Assembly (NCBI GenBank): GCA_020072965.1
Contig: JAIQFY010000009.1
Span: forward strand, 9,649-73,648
From: Terriglobia bacterium
GTDB lineage: Bacteria; Acidobacteriota; Terriglobia; JAIQFV01
Reading direction: 5' to 3'
Length of the DNA: 64,000 nt
Position 1 is the stretch's first letter. Each line of letters opens with the position of its first letter. The notes under the pieces are model-generated. The model ran no database searches. It saw only the letters and a list, made by a program, of their open reading frames with translations, and was not told the DNA's origin. The position numbers were made by a program, and so were the translations under genes. This document shows, piece after piece, positions 9,413 to 17,541 of this stretch.

Positions 9413-10393
9413 TTATCGCTTAAATGGCAAATGATCCAAATCCACGTTCCCGCCGGACAGAATAATTCCGATCCTCTTGTCCGCAAATCCCGCAGCCTTT
9501 TTGAAGATCGCCGCCGCGACCGCCACGGCGCCGGATGGTTCGACAATGATCTTCATCCGCTCCCAAATGTGACGCATGGCTTCGATGATCTCATCCTCGC
9601 TGACAGTGACGATGTCGTCGACCAGTTTCTGGATAATCGGAAACGTTTTATCTCCGAGGGACGACCGGAGGCCATCCGCAACGGTCTGCGGATGAGCCTG
9701 TAAAATGATTTTTCCGGCTTGCTTCGATTGAAACGCATCGTCAGCGCCCTTGGGTTCGCATCCAATGATCCAGGTTTCCGGAGAAAGACCTTTCATGGCC
9801 AGCGCGGTCCCGCTGATCAATCCCCCACCACCCACGGGGGCCAACAACAGGTCCAACCCTTCTTCAACCTGCTCAATGAACTCCAGGGCGCAGGTTCCCT
9901 GCCCGGCAATAACGCGGTAATTATTGTAAGGATGGATGAGGACGGCGCCGGTTCTGGCCACGAGTTCATCCGTCGTCGACTCCCGCGCCTCCAGGGTGGG
10001 CTTGCAAAAGGTGATCTCACCTCCATAGTTGCGGATCGCTCCCACCTTCGGCGCAGGCGCATTCGAAGGGACCACGATGTACGCTTTAATCCCCCGAATT
10101 CTGGCCGCCATGGAAAGCGCGGCTCCATGATTGCCGGAGGAGTGAGTGACGACTCCTTTCGCCGCGTCCGTTTCATCCAGTGAGAGGACCGCATTGATGG
10201 CCCCGCGCGCCTTGAAGGCGCCCCCCTTCTGCAGGTTTTCGCATTTGAAGAAGACCTGGGCGCCGGCCATCTCGTTCATCGTCCGGCTCGTCATGACGGG
10301 CGTGCGATGGATGTGTGGCCGTATCCTCTCGAGCGCCTCGCGAATCGTCTCCAGGCCAGGTTGGGTTTCAGCGTTTATGGTTGGAGTTGTCAT
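9413..10393 (-). CDS. PLP-dependent threonine/serine dehydratase or serine-racemase-like enzyme (fold type II)
   Basis: FKCENLQKGGAFKARGAINAV lysine motif. Gly-rich loops VGGGGLISG and SGGNV. Sits between the large and medium XDH-family subunits. Confidence 0.8.
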   Translation of the reverse strand: MTTPTINAETQPGLETIREALERIRPHIHRTPVMTSRTMNEMAGAQVFFKCENLQKGGAFKARGAINAVLSLDETDAAKGVVTHSSGNHGAALSMAARIRGIKAYIVVPSNAPAPKVGAIRNYGGEITFCKPTLEARESTTDELVARTGAVLIHPYNNYRVIAGQGTCALEFIEQVEEGLDLLLAPVGGGGLISGTALAMKGLSPETWIIGCEPKGADDAFQSKQAGKIILQAHPQTVADGLRSSLGDKTFPIIQKLVDDIVTVSEDEIIEAMRHIWERMKIIVEPSGAVAVAAAIFKKAAGFADKRIGIILSGGNVDLDHLPFKR

Positions 10394-10426
10394 ATGAATT
10401 CAATCACACTTTCTTTCTGTGTCTCC

Positions 10427-10625
10427 ATGGTTTGGTAGCCCCGGCGAGTATTCTTCTCGCCGGGGGATTCTCCAGTTTGGGTAGTCCCGGTCCGAGGCGG
10501 CGTCCGCCATTATTGCTGGCGGATCGCCGGGGGGGGGGCCAGCTTTGGTAGCCCCGGCGAGCCCGCCGCGGCGGGCCGGGGGATCTTCCCCGCGGCTCAC
10601 AGAAGCCCCGGTTTGCCATAGCGGG
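10427..10625. repeat. intercistronic cluster of GC-rich hairpins including a REP-like palindrome GAGCCCGCCGCGGCGGGC (family copy 2) and a TTTGGTAGCCCCGGCGAG direct repeat (3-4 copies)
   Basis: Hairpins read from sequence: CCCCGGCGAGtattcttCTCGCCGGGG (10436-10465) and CCGCCAttattgcTGGCGG (10504-10522). TTTGGTAGCCCCGGCGAG sits at 10430 and 10543, with variants at 10471 and 10603. The whole block lies between the large-subunit stop (10655) and the PLP gene start (10393). Confidence 0.5.
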
Positions 10626-10654
10626 ACAACGGGCTACTCGCTACCCAATCCTCC

Positions 10655-13339
10655 CTACTCCCGCGCGTGGACGGCTTCACGCAGAATTTCCTTTCCCGTC
10701 CCCCCGTCCCAGGGAGGCTTGACACGGACGGGTTCCGGCCAATCCACCTCAGGGACTGACTTTGGCCCGTAACGGTGAGGCTCTTCGACCCCCCGGGTAA
10801 TGCCTGTTCCCCCGCCGTTGGCCGATTCCCCCTCATCTTCTTGTTTTTCGTCCCGCTTCTGAATCGCGGACAGAACTTTGTCGGGCGTGATGGGGACCTC
10901 ATCGATGCGCACTTGGACCGCATCATAAACCGCGTTGGCAATAGCCGGTGGGACCGGCAGCAAGGGTCCCTGTCCGACTTCCTTGGCGCCAAACGGCCCG
11001 TTTGGATCCGGATCTTCAATCAAGAACGTCTTCACGTCGCACATTTCCAGGGTCGTGGGCGATTTGTATTCGAGGAGACTGGGAAATTTGTGCACGACAT
11101 TCCGATTAGTGCGGTAGCTCATTTCTTCCATGAGCGCTTCACCTAATCCCATGTATACCGAGCCCTCCACCTGTCCCAAGGTCAAGGCCGGGTTAATGGC
11201 GCGTCCAATATCGTGCGCAATCCAGATTCGCTCCACCCGCACAATCCCGGTGCGCGGGTCAACCTCAACTTCGGCGACCGCCGCATCGTAACTGTAAGCA
11301 GGAGAGGGACCGACTCCCGCTCCCTTGTATTTTCCTGCGGAGGGAGGCGGCGTATAACTGCCGACGGTCCCAATGGTCCCGAACCTCGCCTCGGCGATTT
11401 GCACCGCCTCGGCGAATGAGATGGACGTCTCGGGATTCTCCACGTCGAATAACCGGCCCCCTGAAAGGGAAAGACGAGTGGCGGGAATGTTCATTTTTTC
11501 CGAAACCGCGCGGATGAGCAGATCCCGGGCGCGCTCGGCTGCCTCCAGCGCCGCATTCCCGGTCATCAGCGTTACCCGGGAGGAATAACTTCCTAAATCC
11601 ACAGGTGTGAGATCGGTATCCGCCGTGAGAACTCGAATGTCGAAGGGATCAATCCCGAGCACCTCGGCAATAATGTAGGCCAAGACCGAATCGGAACCCT
11701 GTCCGATGTCGATCGATCCGCACATCACACACACGCCTCCCTGACGGTCCAGCCGGAGCTGCACCCCGGAATGCGGCATGTGGTTCCAATAAATGGGAAG
11801 CCCGGCGCCGCTCAGGTAGGAGGCACACGCCAGTCCTATGCCTTTTCCATAGGGGAGGTTTCGGAATTTGTTCTTGAAGTCGCTCGCCGTGACCACCTTG
11901 TCGATGCAGGCTGCCAGCCCCATCGAGCCAACCCTCAAGTAGTTTGAGGTGAGCGAATAGGGTTCCACCAGATGGTTCTTGCGTATTGCCACCGGATCGA
12001 GACGTAACTGTTCCGCGATTTTGTCGAGGTGAACCTCAAGGGCATAACGGGGCTGCGGGGTTCCGTGCCCTCGCTTGGGCCCGCAGGGCGGCTTGTTGGT
12101 GAACACACGGACGCCTTCAAACTTGTAATTCGGGATTTTGTAGGTCACCGTCTGCAACGCCCCGGTGTAATAAGTGGAAGCAACGCCATAACTGCCATAT
12201 GCCCCGCCATCGAGGAAGGAGCGGAAGTGCATCGCGGTAATGGCGCCATCTTTCTTCGCCCCCGTCTTCACCCACATGAGCACGGGATGTCGTCCCCGGT
12301 GGCAATAGAATACCTCTTCCCGCGTCAGGGTCACTTTCACGGGACGGCCCGTTAACAGGGCAAGTTTCGAGACAATCATTTCGTGGGGAAAAGGGTCACT
12401 CTTGCCGCCAAACCCGCCGCCATTGGGGGTCGCAATGACCCGGATACGGCTAGCCGGCATTTCCAGTACTTTCGCAAGTGCCCGGTGGACATAGTGCGGG
12501 GTCTGCGTGGAGCTCCATAAGCACAGCTTGCCGTCGCCATCGACCTGGGCCACGGCGGCGTGCTGCTCCATGGGAAGGTGCGTATTGCCTTCGTAAAAAA
12601 ATACATCCTCCCGAATCAGATCGGCCTGTTTGAATCCTTCTTCCACATCGCCAAACTCGAGGGCGACCATCTTGTGAACATTGCCGTGATCCCCATAGCC
12701 GTGAATGCGCCAGGCCTCTTTGTTCTCTCCGGCAAGCTGGGGGCCGCCGGTCCTTGAAGGATTATCGTCCATATGGGCGGAACCCGGACTTCTCAATGCA
12801 TCCTGTATCGAGGAAATGACCGGCAAGGGATCGTACTCCACTTCGATGGCATTCATCGCCTCAAATGCCGCGTCCTCATCGATGGCGGCCACGGCTGCCA
12901 CTGGATCACCGATCATGCGGACCTTGTCGAGGCACAGCGCGTGTTCGTCCTGGCTGACCGGTAAGATGCCATATGGAATCGGAAGAGACTTTCCCGTGAT
13001 CACCGCAACCACGCCGGGCATCGCTACGGCTTTGGACGTGTCAATTTTCCGAATGAGCGCATGGGGAACGTGACTGCGCAGGATCTTGCAGTAGAGCATA
13101 CGCGGCAACACGATGTCGTCGGCAAATTTCGTTTGCCCGGTTACTTTGGCCGAGGCATCCACCTTGCGAAACGGTTTGCCGACCACCTCGAGATGTTTTG
13201 AGCTTCCGTTTTTCATGAGATGAACCGGATAAGGTTTGGTAGCCGTGATCCGCCCGCTTTTTGGCGGATCACGGGTTCTTGTGACCTGCATACAAAAGCC
13301 CGCGATCTCCGCCACGGCGGACGGGATCACGGCTACCAA
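10655..13339 (-). CDS. xanthine-dehydrogenase-family molybdopterin-binding large subunit (HcrA/CoxL-like) with a ~85-aa low-complexity C-terminal tail
   Basis: 894 aa. N-terminal KHLEVVGKPFRKVDASAKVTGQTKFADD block and downstream a/b hammerhead and MoCo-binding blocks typical of CoxL/XdhB. The real start may be the internal MKNGSS. The tail DEKQEDEGESANGGGTG...PPWDGGTGKEILREAVHARE is atypical. Confidence 0.85.
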   Translation of the reverse strand: MVAVIPSAVAEIAGFCMQVTRTRDPPKSGRITATKPYPVHLMKNGSSKHLEVVGKPFRKVDASAKVTGQTKFADDIVLPRMLYCKILRSHVPHALIRKIDTSKAVAMPGVVAVITGKSLPIPYGILPVSQDEHALCLDKVRMIGDPVAAVAAIDEDAAFEAMNAIEVEYDPLPVISSIQDALRSPGSAHMDDNPSRTGGPQLAGENKEAWRIHGYGDHGNVHKMVALEFGDVEEGFKQADLIREDVFFYEGNTHLPMEQHAAVAQVDGDGKLCLWSSTQTPHYVHRALAKVLEMPASRIRVIATPNGGGFGGKSDPFPHEMIVSKLALLTGRPVKVTLTREEVFYCHRGRHPVLMWVKTGAKKDGAITAMHFRSFLDGGAYGSYGVASTYYTGALQTVTYKIPNYKFEGVRVFTNKPPCGPKRGHGTPQPRYALEVHLDKIAEQLRLDPVAIRKNHLVEPYSLTSNYLRVGSMGLAACIDKVVTASDFKNKFRNLPYGKGIGLACASYLSGAGLPIYWNHMPHSGVQLRLDRQGGVCVMCGSIDIGQGSDSVLAYIIAEVLGIDPFDIRVLTADTDLTPVDLGSYSSRVTLMTGNAALEAAERARDLLIRAVSEKMNIPATRLSLSGGRLFDVENPETSISFAEAVQIAEARFGTIGTVGSYTPPPSAGKYKGAGVGPSPAYSYDAAVAEVEVDPRTGIVRVERIWIAHDIGRAINPALTLGQVEGSVYMGLGEALMEEMSYRTNRNVVHKFPSLLEYKSPTTLEMCDVKTFLIEDPDPNGPFGAKEVGQGPLLPVPPAIANAVYDAVQVRIDEVPITPDKVLSAIQKRDEKQEDEGESANGGGTGITRGVEEPHRYGPKSVPEVDWPEPVRVKPPWDGGTGKEILREAVHARE

Positions 13340-13370
13340 ACCACTTCGGGATTGAAATGTCCCTGTACGT

Positions 13371-13916
13371 CTATGATTTCAGCCCGTACACAACTTCCTC
13401 GGCGACCTCTGCCTTTTCCCCGCGCATGTGGGCCGCTGCCAACTCGACCGCTTCGTAAATCTTGATGTAGCCCGTGCAACGGCACAGGTTGCCTGACAGC
13501 GCCTGGGCAATCTCTTCACGGGTCGGTTTTGGATTCTTTGCAAGTAATTCCAAGGCGGTCAGCAAGAATCCGGGGGTGCAGTAGCCGCACTGGGCGGCGC
13601 CGAGATCAGCAAACGTTTCCTGGAGCGGGTGCAAGCGGCCCTCCGGCAATTGCATTCCTTCCACTGTCGTGACCTCGCGGCCCTCGGCATCAAGCCCCAG
13701 GACGAGGCATGAGAGCACCGGCTTGCCGTCCAGGAGCACCGCGCAGGTCCCACATTCGCCCAGTTCACAACCGTGCTTGGTTCCGGTGAGATTCAGATCT
13801 TCGCGCAAAACTTCCAGCAGGGTCTTATGAGGTGCAAACGCAACTTCACACGGCTCCCCGTTCAGGACGAAGGCAATATGCGCTTTTTGTTTCCGAATCT
13901 TCCTTCTCTGTTTCAT
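13371..13916 (-). CDS. (2Fe-2S)-binding small subunit of the xanthine-dehydrogenase-family enzyme (HcrC/CoxS-like)
   Basis: Plant-type cluster motif GTKHGCELGECGTCAV and a second cluster motif CGYCTPG...CRCTGY. Confidence 0.9.
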   Translation of the reverse strand: MKQRRKIRKQKAHIAFVLNGEPCEVAFAPHKTLLEVLREDLNLTGTKHGCELGECGTCAVLLDGKPVLSCLVLGLDAEGREVTTVEGMQLPEGRLHPLQETFADLGAAQCGYCTPGFLLTALELLAKNPKPTREEIAQALSGNLCRCTGYIKIYEAVELAAAHMRGEKAEVAEEVVYGLKS

Positions 13917-13955
13917 CGTCTTTTGGTTCCCGGCCTCTTTGCGCCCCGGTCGTTT

Positions 13956-15371
13956 TCATAACCGAACATACTCGAATTCGAAGGGCTTGCCGCCGACGCC
14001 GCTCTTAGGGGGAGCAATCCAATTGGCAATCTTCCCCGGGTCGGTGACGGGTTTCATCAACTCGCGCACGTAAGCGCGGTCCTCTTGACCGGGCAGCCAG
14101 TGGGGGGCCTTCGCCTCATACTCTTCTTCCGAGATCAAGTTGCCCCCAAGATCGAAGTTATGGTTGGCGAATTCACCCTGATGGCGATGAAAACGGGTGG
14201 AGGGAAGGACCAACCTTGCGGAGATGCCTTCTTCCTCCAGCGCCTTGTTCCATCTTGCCAGACCGCGTTCGCAGTCTTTGACATATTCGCCACGCAGCAC
14301 TTCGTTCAACGCATTCCGGAGCGGAACCTCTTTCGTGGCAAGCTTTCCGTTCTCGATCACGGTCAGCGAATAGGTGGCGTCGCTGATCACGTGGTCCTCA
14401 TATTTCTTCTGTTCGAGATAGCGTCCTTTCAAGCCGGCCGAAAAGAAGTCCGCTGCGTTGGAAGAGATTTCTCCGCCGAAGAGGTCAAGTGAGTAGCTGT
14501 ACCAGAAATTGATGTAGCGCTGGATGATGGAGAGGGGGATGCCGTTGAGCGCCCTCACCTCGTCGTCGCCCTGATTCTTCGTCTGCTTCATCAGCTCCGC
14601 CGTCCGCTTCACAATGCGCTCCAGGCCTGACTCGCCCACAAACATGTGGTGCGCTTCTTCGGTCAGCATGAACTGGCAGGTGCGGGCCAGTGGCTCAAAA
14701 CCCGACTCCGCCAGGGACGCGAGCTGATACTTTCCGTCGCGGTCCGTGAACATGGTAAACGCGTAGAAGTTCAGCCAGTCATCACACGGCTGGTTGAAGG
14801 CGCCCAGGATCCGTGGCTTGTCGGTGTTGCCACTCCGGCGCTGGAGCAATTCTTCCGCTTCTTCACGGCCGTCGCGTCCGAAGTATTTTTGGAGGATGTA
14901 CACCATCGCCCACAAGTGTCGCCCCTCCTCAACATTCACCTGGAACAGGTTCCGCAAATCGTACATTGAAGGGCATGTGACACCCAGACGTCGTTGCTGC
15001 TCGACGGAGGCCGGCTCAGTATCGCCTTGGGTTACGACAATGCGCCGCAGCGCGTTGCGAAACTCCCCGGGGACTTCCTGGTACGCCGGATGGCCGCAAC
15101 CGTCTCCAAACCCGATGGTGGCGTTCGTCTTCGAAGGATTCAGGAAGATCCCCCAGCGATATTCCGGCATCTTGACATAACCGAAATGCGCCCAGCCTTC
15201 GGGTTCCACAGACACAGCGGTTCGAAGATAAACATCGTATCCCTGAAACCCCTCCGGCCCCATCTCGTTCCACCAGGACAGGAAATTCGGAAGCCATTTT
15301 TCCAGCGCGCGCTGAAGCTGGGGATCGTTGCTGAGATCGACATTGTTGGGAATTTTGTCAAATACGCTCAT
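13956..15371 (-). CDS. boxB: benzoyl-CoA 2,3-epoxidase (oxygenase) component B, diiron enzyme
   Basis: 471 aa. N-terminus MSVFDKIPNNVDLSNDPQLQRALEKWLPNFLSWWNEMGPEGFQGYDVYLRTAVSVEPEGWAHFGYVKM closely matches BoxB as I remember it. Two E-x-x-H diiron motifs: VEEGRHLW and TEEAHHMF. Confidence 0.85.
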   Translation of the reverse strand: MSVFDKIPNNVDLSNDPQLQRALEKWLPNFLSWWNEMGPEGFQGYDVYLRTAVSVEPEGWAHFGYVKMPEYRWGIFLNPSKTNATIGFGDGCGHPAYQEVPGEFRNALRRIVVTQGDTEPASVEQQRRLGVTCPSMYDLRNLFQVNVEEGRHLWAMVYILQKYFGRDGREEAEELLQRRSGNTDKPRILGAFNQPCDDWLNFYAFTMFTDRDGKYQLASLAESGFEPLARTCQFMLTEEAHHMFVGESGLERIVKRTAELMKQTKNQGDDEVRALNGIPLSIIQRYINFWYSYSLDLFGGEISSNAADFFSAGLKGRYLEQKKYEDHVISDATYSLTVIENGKLATKEVPLRNALNEVLRGEYVKDCERGLARWNKALEEEGISARLVLPSTRFHRHQGEFANHNFDLGGNLISEEEYEAKAPHWLPGQEDRAYVRELMKPVTDPGKIANWIAPPKSGVGGKPFEFEYVRL

Positions 15372-15442
15372 TGATGCTCCGTGTGAATCATTTCCTCTTG
15401 CCGGCGGCGTTTGAAGACTGCACGCGCCTTGCGTTCCGGCTC

Positions 15443-15552
15443 ACGAAGTCAGAGTTCAGAAGTCAAAAGTCGGAGGTCAGATATCAGAGATCGTGCTCCT
15501 TGCGCTCTTAAATCTGACTTCCGACTTCTGACTTCTGACTTCCGACCTCCTT
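15443..15552. repeat. imperfect ~45-nt-arm palindrome built from TCRRARG/GACTTCY heptamers, intercistronic between boxC and boxB
   Basis: Left arm GAAGTCAGAGTTCAGAAGTCAAAAGTCGGAGGTCAGAT. Right arm ATCTGACTTCCGACTTCTGACTTCTGACTTCCGACCTCC. Period 7, read from sequence. Confidence 0.6.
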
Positions 15553-15561
15553 TGAAAATCT

Positions 15562-17259
15562 TCATGTTCTTCGAAAATCGAATTTCGCTTTTGTCGGTTT
15601 CCCGTAATTCGTCAGCCCTCCATGTTCGCCAACGGCGTTGGGCCGCTGGAAGATCCAATTCTGCCACGCGGTGAGACGTCCATAGATCTTGGTCTCGGTG
15701 GTTTCCGGGCCGGCAAATCGCAACGAGGCTTCCATGCCGGTCAGGGCGTCGGGCGACAGCGAAGTGCGCTCTTCGATAGCAACGCGAATCTCATCGTCCC
15801 AGTCCAGGCCGTCGGGTGCCAGAGTCACGAGTCCACCTTCGAGCGCGGCGTCGGCAGAGAACCGAGCGGGAGGCTTCAACGCAGCCTCGATCCGGGCGTT
15901 ATCGTTGAGGAAACGGGATTCCAGGCGCGAAAGGCCATTCGACATGGGCAGCGCGCCGGCGTTCATCGAAGTAGTAGCGATTTTAATCGCTTGATCCGGG
16001 TCGTTTCGCATGTAGGTTCGATCCGAAGCGAGGGCAAGTTCCAACAGATTCCCCGCGAAGCAACTCCCCTCTTCAATTAAAGCAAAGAAACTCTTCGCGG
16101 TATGATCCATCCGGCGCAGGACGCGGCCCATGTGGAGAATTATCTCCCGCACCAATCCATGGTCCCGGTGGGATGAGAGCATTTCATCGATCCGATGGAT
16201 GGCGTCAATTTCGCCGTGAGTGCGGACAATCACCAGGCCGATTTCCGGCTCGTTGAAGCGCAAGTGTAGCAGCGCATCATCCAGCTCACGATAAGCCGCC
16301 AGGGCCCAGAACCGGTCTCCCCATTCCTGGATCCGCACGGCGGAATCGGGCTGGGGATCAGCGGGAGCACGCAGCGTCAGATTGGCGATCCGCGCCTTCC
16401 GGTTGAGCTGAAGGGAAACGTATCTGTATTCCCGGCCGCTCTCAGTAATCTGAACCTCAAGGGGATGCAGCTTGATTCCCTTGGGGGGCGTCGATCGAGA
16501 GGGCTCGTCGCTGGGACTGGATTGAATTTCAGCCAGTAGATGATCGATCCGGGAGGTCACCGCTTGGTCAAATTTGCTAGTCGGGAACGTGTCATCTATC
16601 AGGCCCCACTCTTTCGCACGCTTTCCTTTGATCCCTTCCGCGAGGGTGCAGAAAACATCAGCGCGGTCCCGGCGCACCTTGCGCTTATCCACCAGCCGGG
16701 TCAATCCTCCGGTCCCCGGCAGGACCCCCAGCAGAGGCACTTCCGGAAGCGAAACCGCCGAGCTGCCGTCGTCCACCAGGTAAATTGCGTCACACGCCAG
16801 CGCCAGCTCATATCCCCCACCCGCGCACGTCCCGTTGAGCGCGGCGACAAAACGGATGCCCGAAAACCGGGAGGCCTCTTCCATGGCGCAACGGGTCTCG
16901 TTGGTGAACTTGCAGAAATTGACCTTGAAGGGATGGGAAGAACTTCCGAGCATGTAGATATTGGCGCCGGCGCAAAACATGCGCGGCTTCAGGCTCTTCA
17001 CGACCACGACGCGCACCTCGGGGTGTTCGAAGCGGATGCGGTTAAGGGCATCGGCCAGCTCGATGTCGACGCCGAGGTCATAGGAATTCAATTTCAGCTT
17101 GTACCCCTCGCGCAGGGGCGAATCTTCCTGAACATCCAGTCCCAGCGTGGCGACTTCACCTTCCACGACCAAATTCCAGTGCCGGTACTGTCCCGGAGTA
17201 GCTTGAAACTCCACCGGCCGCTCGGCCGTCTGGGGTGGCGGGGTCACTGGAATCGGCAT
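15562..17259 (-). CDS. boxC: 2,3-epoxybenzoyl-CoA dihydrolase (benzoyl-CoA-dihydrodiol lyase), crotonase superfamily
   Basis: 565 aa. YRHWNLVVEGEVATLGLDVQEDSPLREGYKLKLNSYDLGVDIELADALNRIRFEHPEVRVVVV matches the BoxC N-terminal block. Two crotonase-like halves. Confidence 0.85.
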   Translation of the reverse strand: MPIPVTPPPQTAERPVEFQATPGQYRHWNLVVEGEVATLGLDVQEDSPLREGYKLKLNSYDLGVDIELADALNRIRFEHPEVRVVVVKSLKPRMFCAGANIYMLGSSSHPFKVNFCKFTNETRCAMEEASRFSGIRFVAALNGTCAGGGYELALACDAIYLVDDGSSAVSLPEVPLLGVLPGTGGLTRLVDKRKVRRDRADVFCTLAEGIKGKRAKEWGLIDDTFPTSKFDQAVTSRIDHLLAEIQSSPSDEPSRSTPPKGIKLHPLEVQITESGREYRYVSLQLNRKARIANLTLRAPADPQPDSAVRIQEWGDRFWALAAYRELDDALLHLRFNEPEIGLVIVRTHGEIDAIHRIDEMLSSHRDHGLVREIILHMGRVLRRMDHTAKSFFALIEEGSCFAGNLLELALASDRTYMRNDPDQAIKIATTSMNAGALPMSNGLSRLESRFLNDNARIEAALKPPARFSADAALEGGLVTLAPDGLDWDDEIRVAIEERTSLSPDALTGMEASLRFAGPETTETKIYGRLTAWQNWIFQRPNAVGEHGGLTNYGKPTKAKFDFRRT

Positions 17260-17322
17260 CTGGTCATCCTCCGGGATTATAGTGAGATACGCAGTATATT
17301 ACAATTTGACATCGGCAACAAG

Positions 17323-17340
17323 TGCAATATAATGCATGCG
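17323..17340. promoter_or_regulatory. candidate BoxR/BzdR operator: TGCA-N6-TGCA (TGCAATATAATGCATGCG) in the boxC/boxR divergent region
   Basis: TGCA repeats spaced by 6 nt. The embedded ATATAAT is a -10-like hexamer. BzdR-type regulators are reported to bind TGCA-containing repeats; function here is inferred. Confidence 0.35.
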
Positions 17341-17443
17341 TACCTTGAATCGCGGCCGTGCTGGATGCGGTCGGCGTCAGCGCCCAAAGACTAATACAAA
17401 CGTGGGAAATAGAGTTACATGGAGTAATGGTGGATTGTTCGCT

Positions 17444-17475
17444 GTAGGGGCGCCCGCCGCGGCGGGCGCCCCTAC
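17444..17475. repeat. REP-like perfect 32-nt palindrome GTAGGGGCGCCCGCCGCGGCGGGCGCCCCTAC, family copy 3
   Basis: Read from sequence. Located in the boxC-boxR divergent promoter region. Confidence 0.6.
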
Positions 17476-17541
17476 GTTGAATCATGCACGATGTTGTAGC
17501 ACTTTCAAGGGCGATCGAATTAGCCTCCAGAAAAGCGGGAC

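Noticed and set aside
16540-17394. 284-aa plus-strand ORF
   Set aside because: Lies entirely antisense to boxC, which has strong family evidence. It is a typical high-GC antisense open frame.
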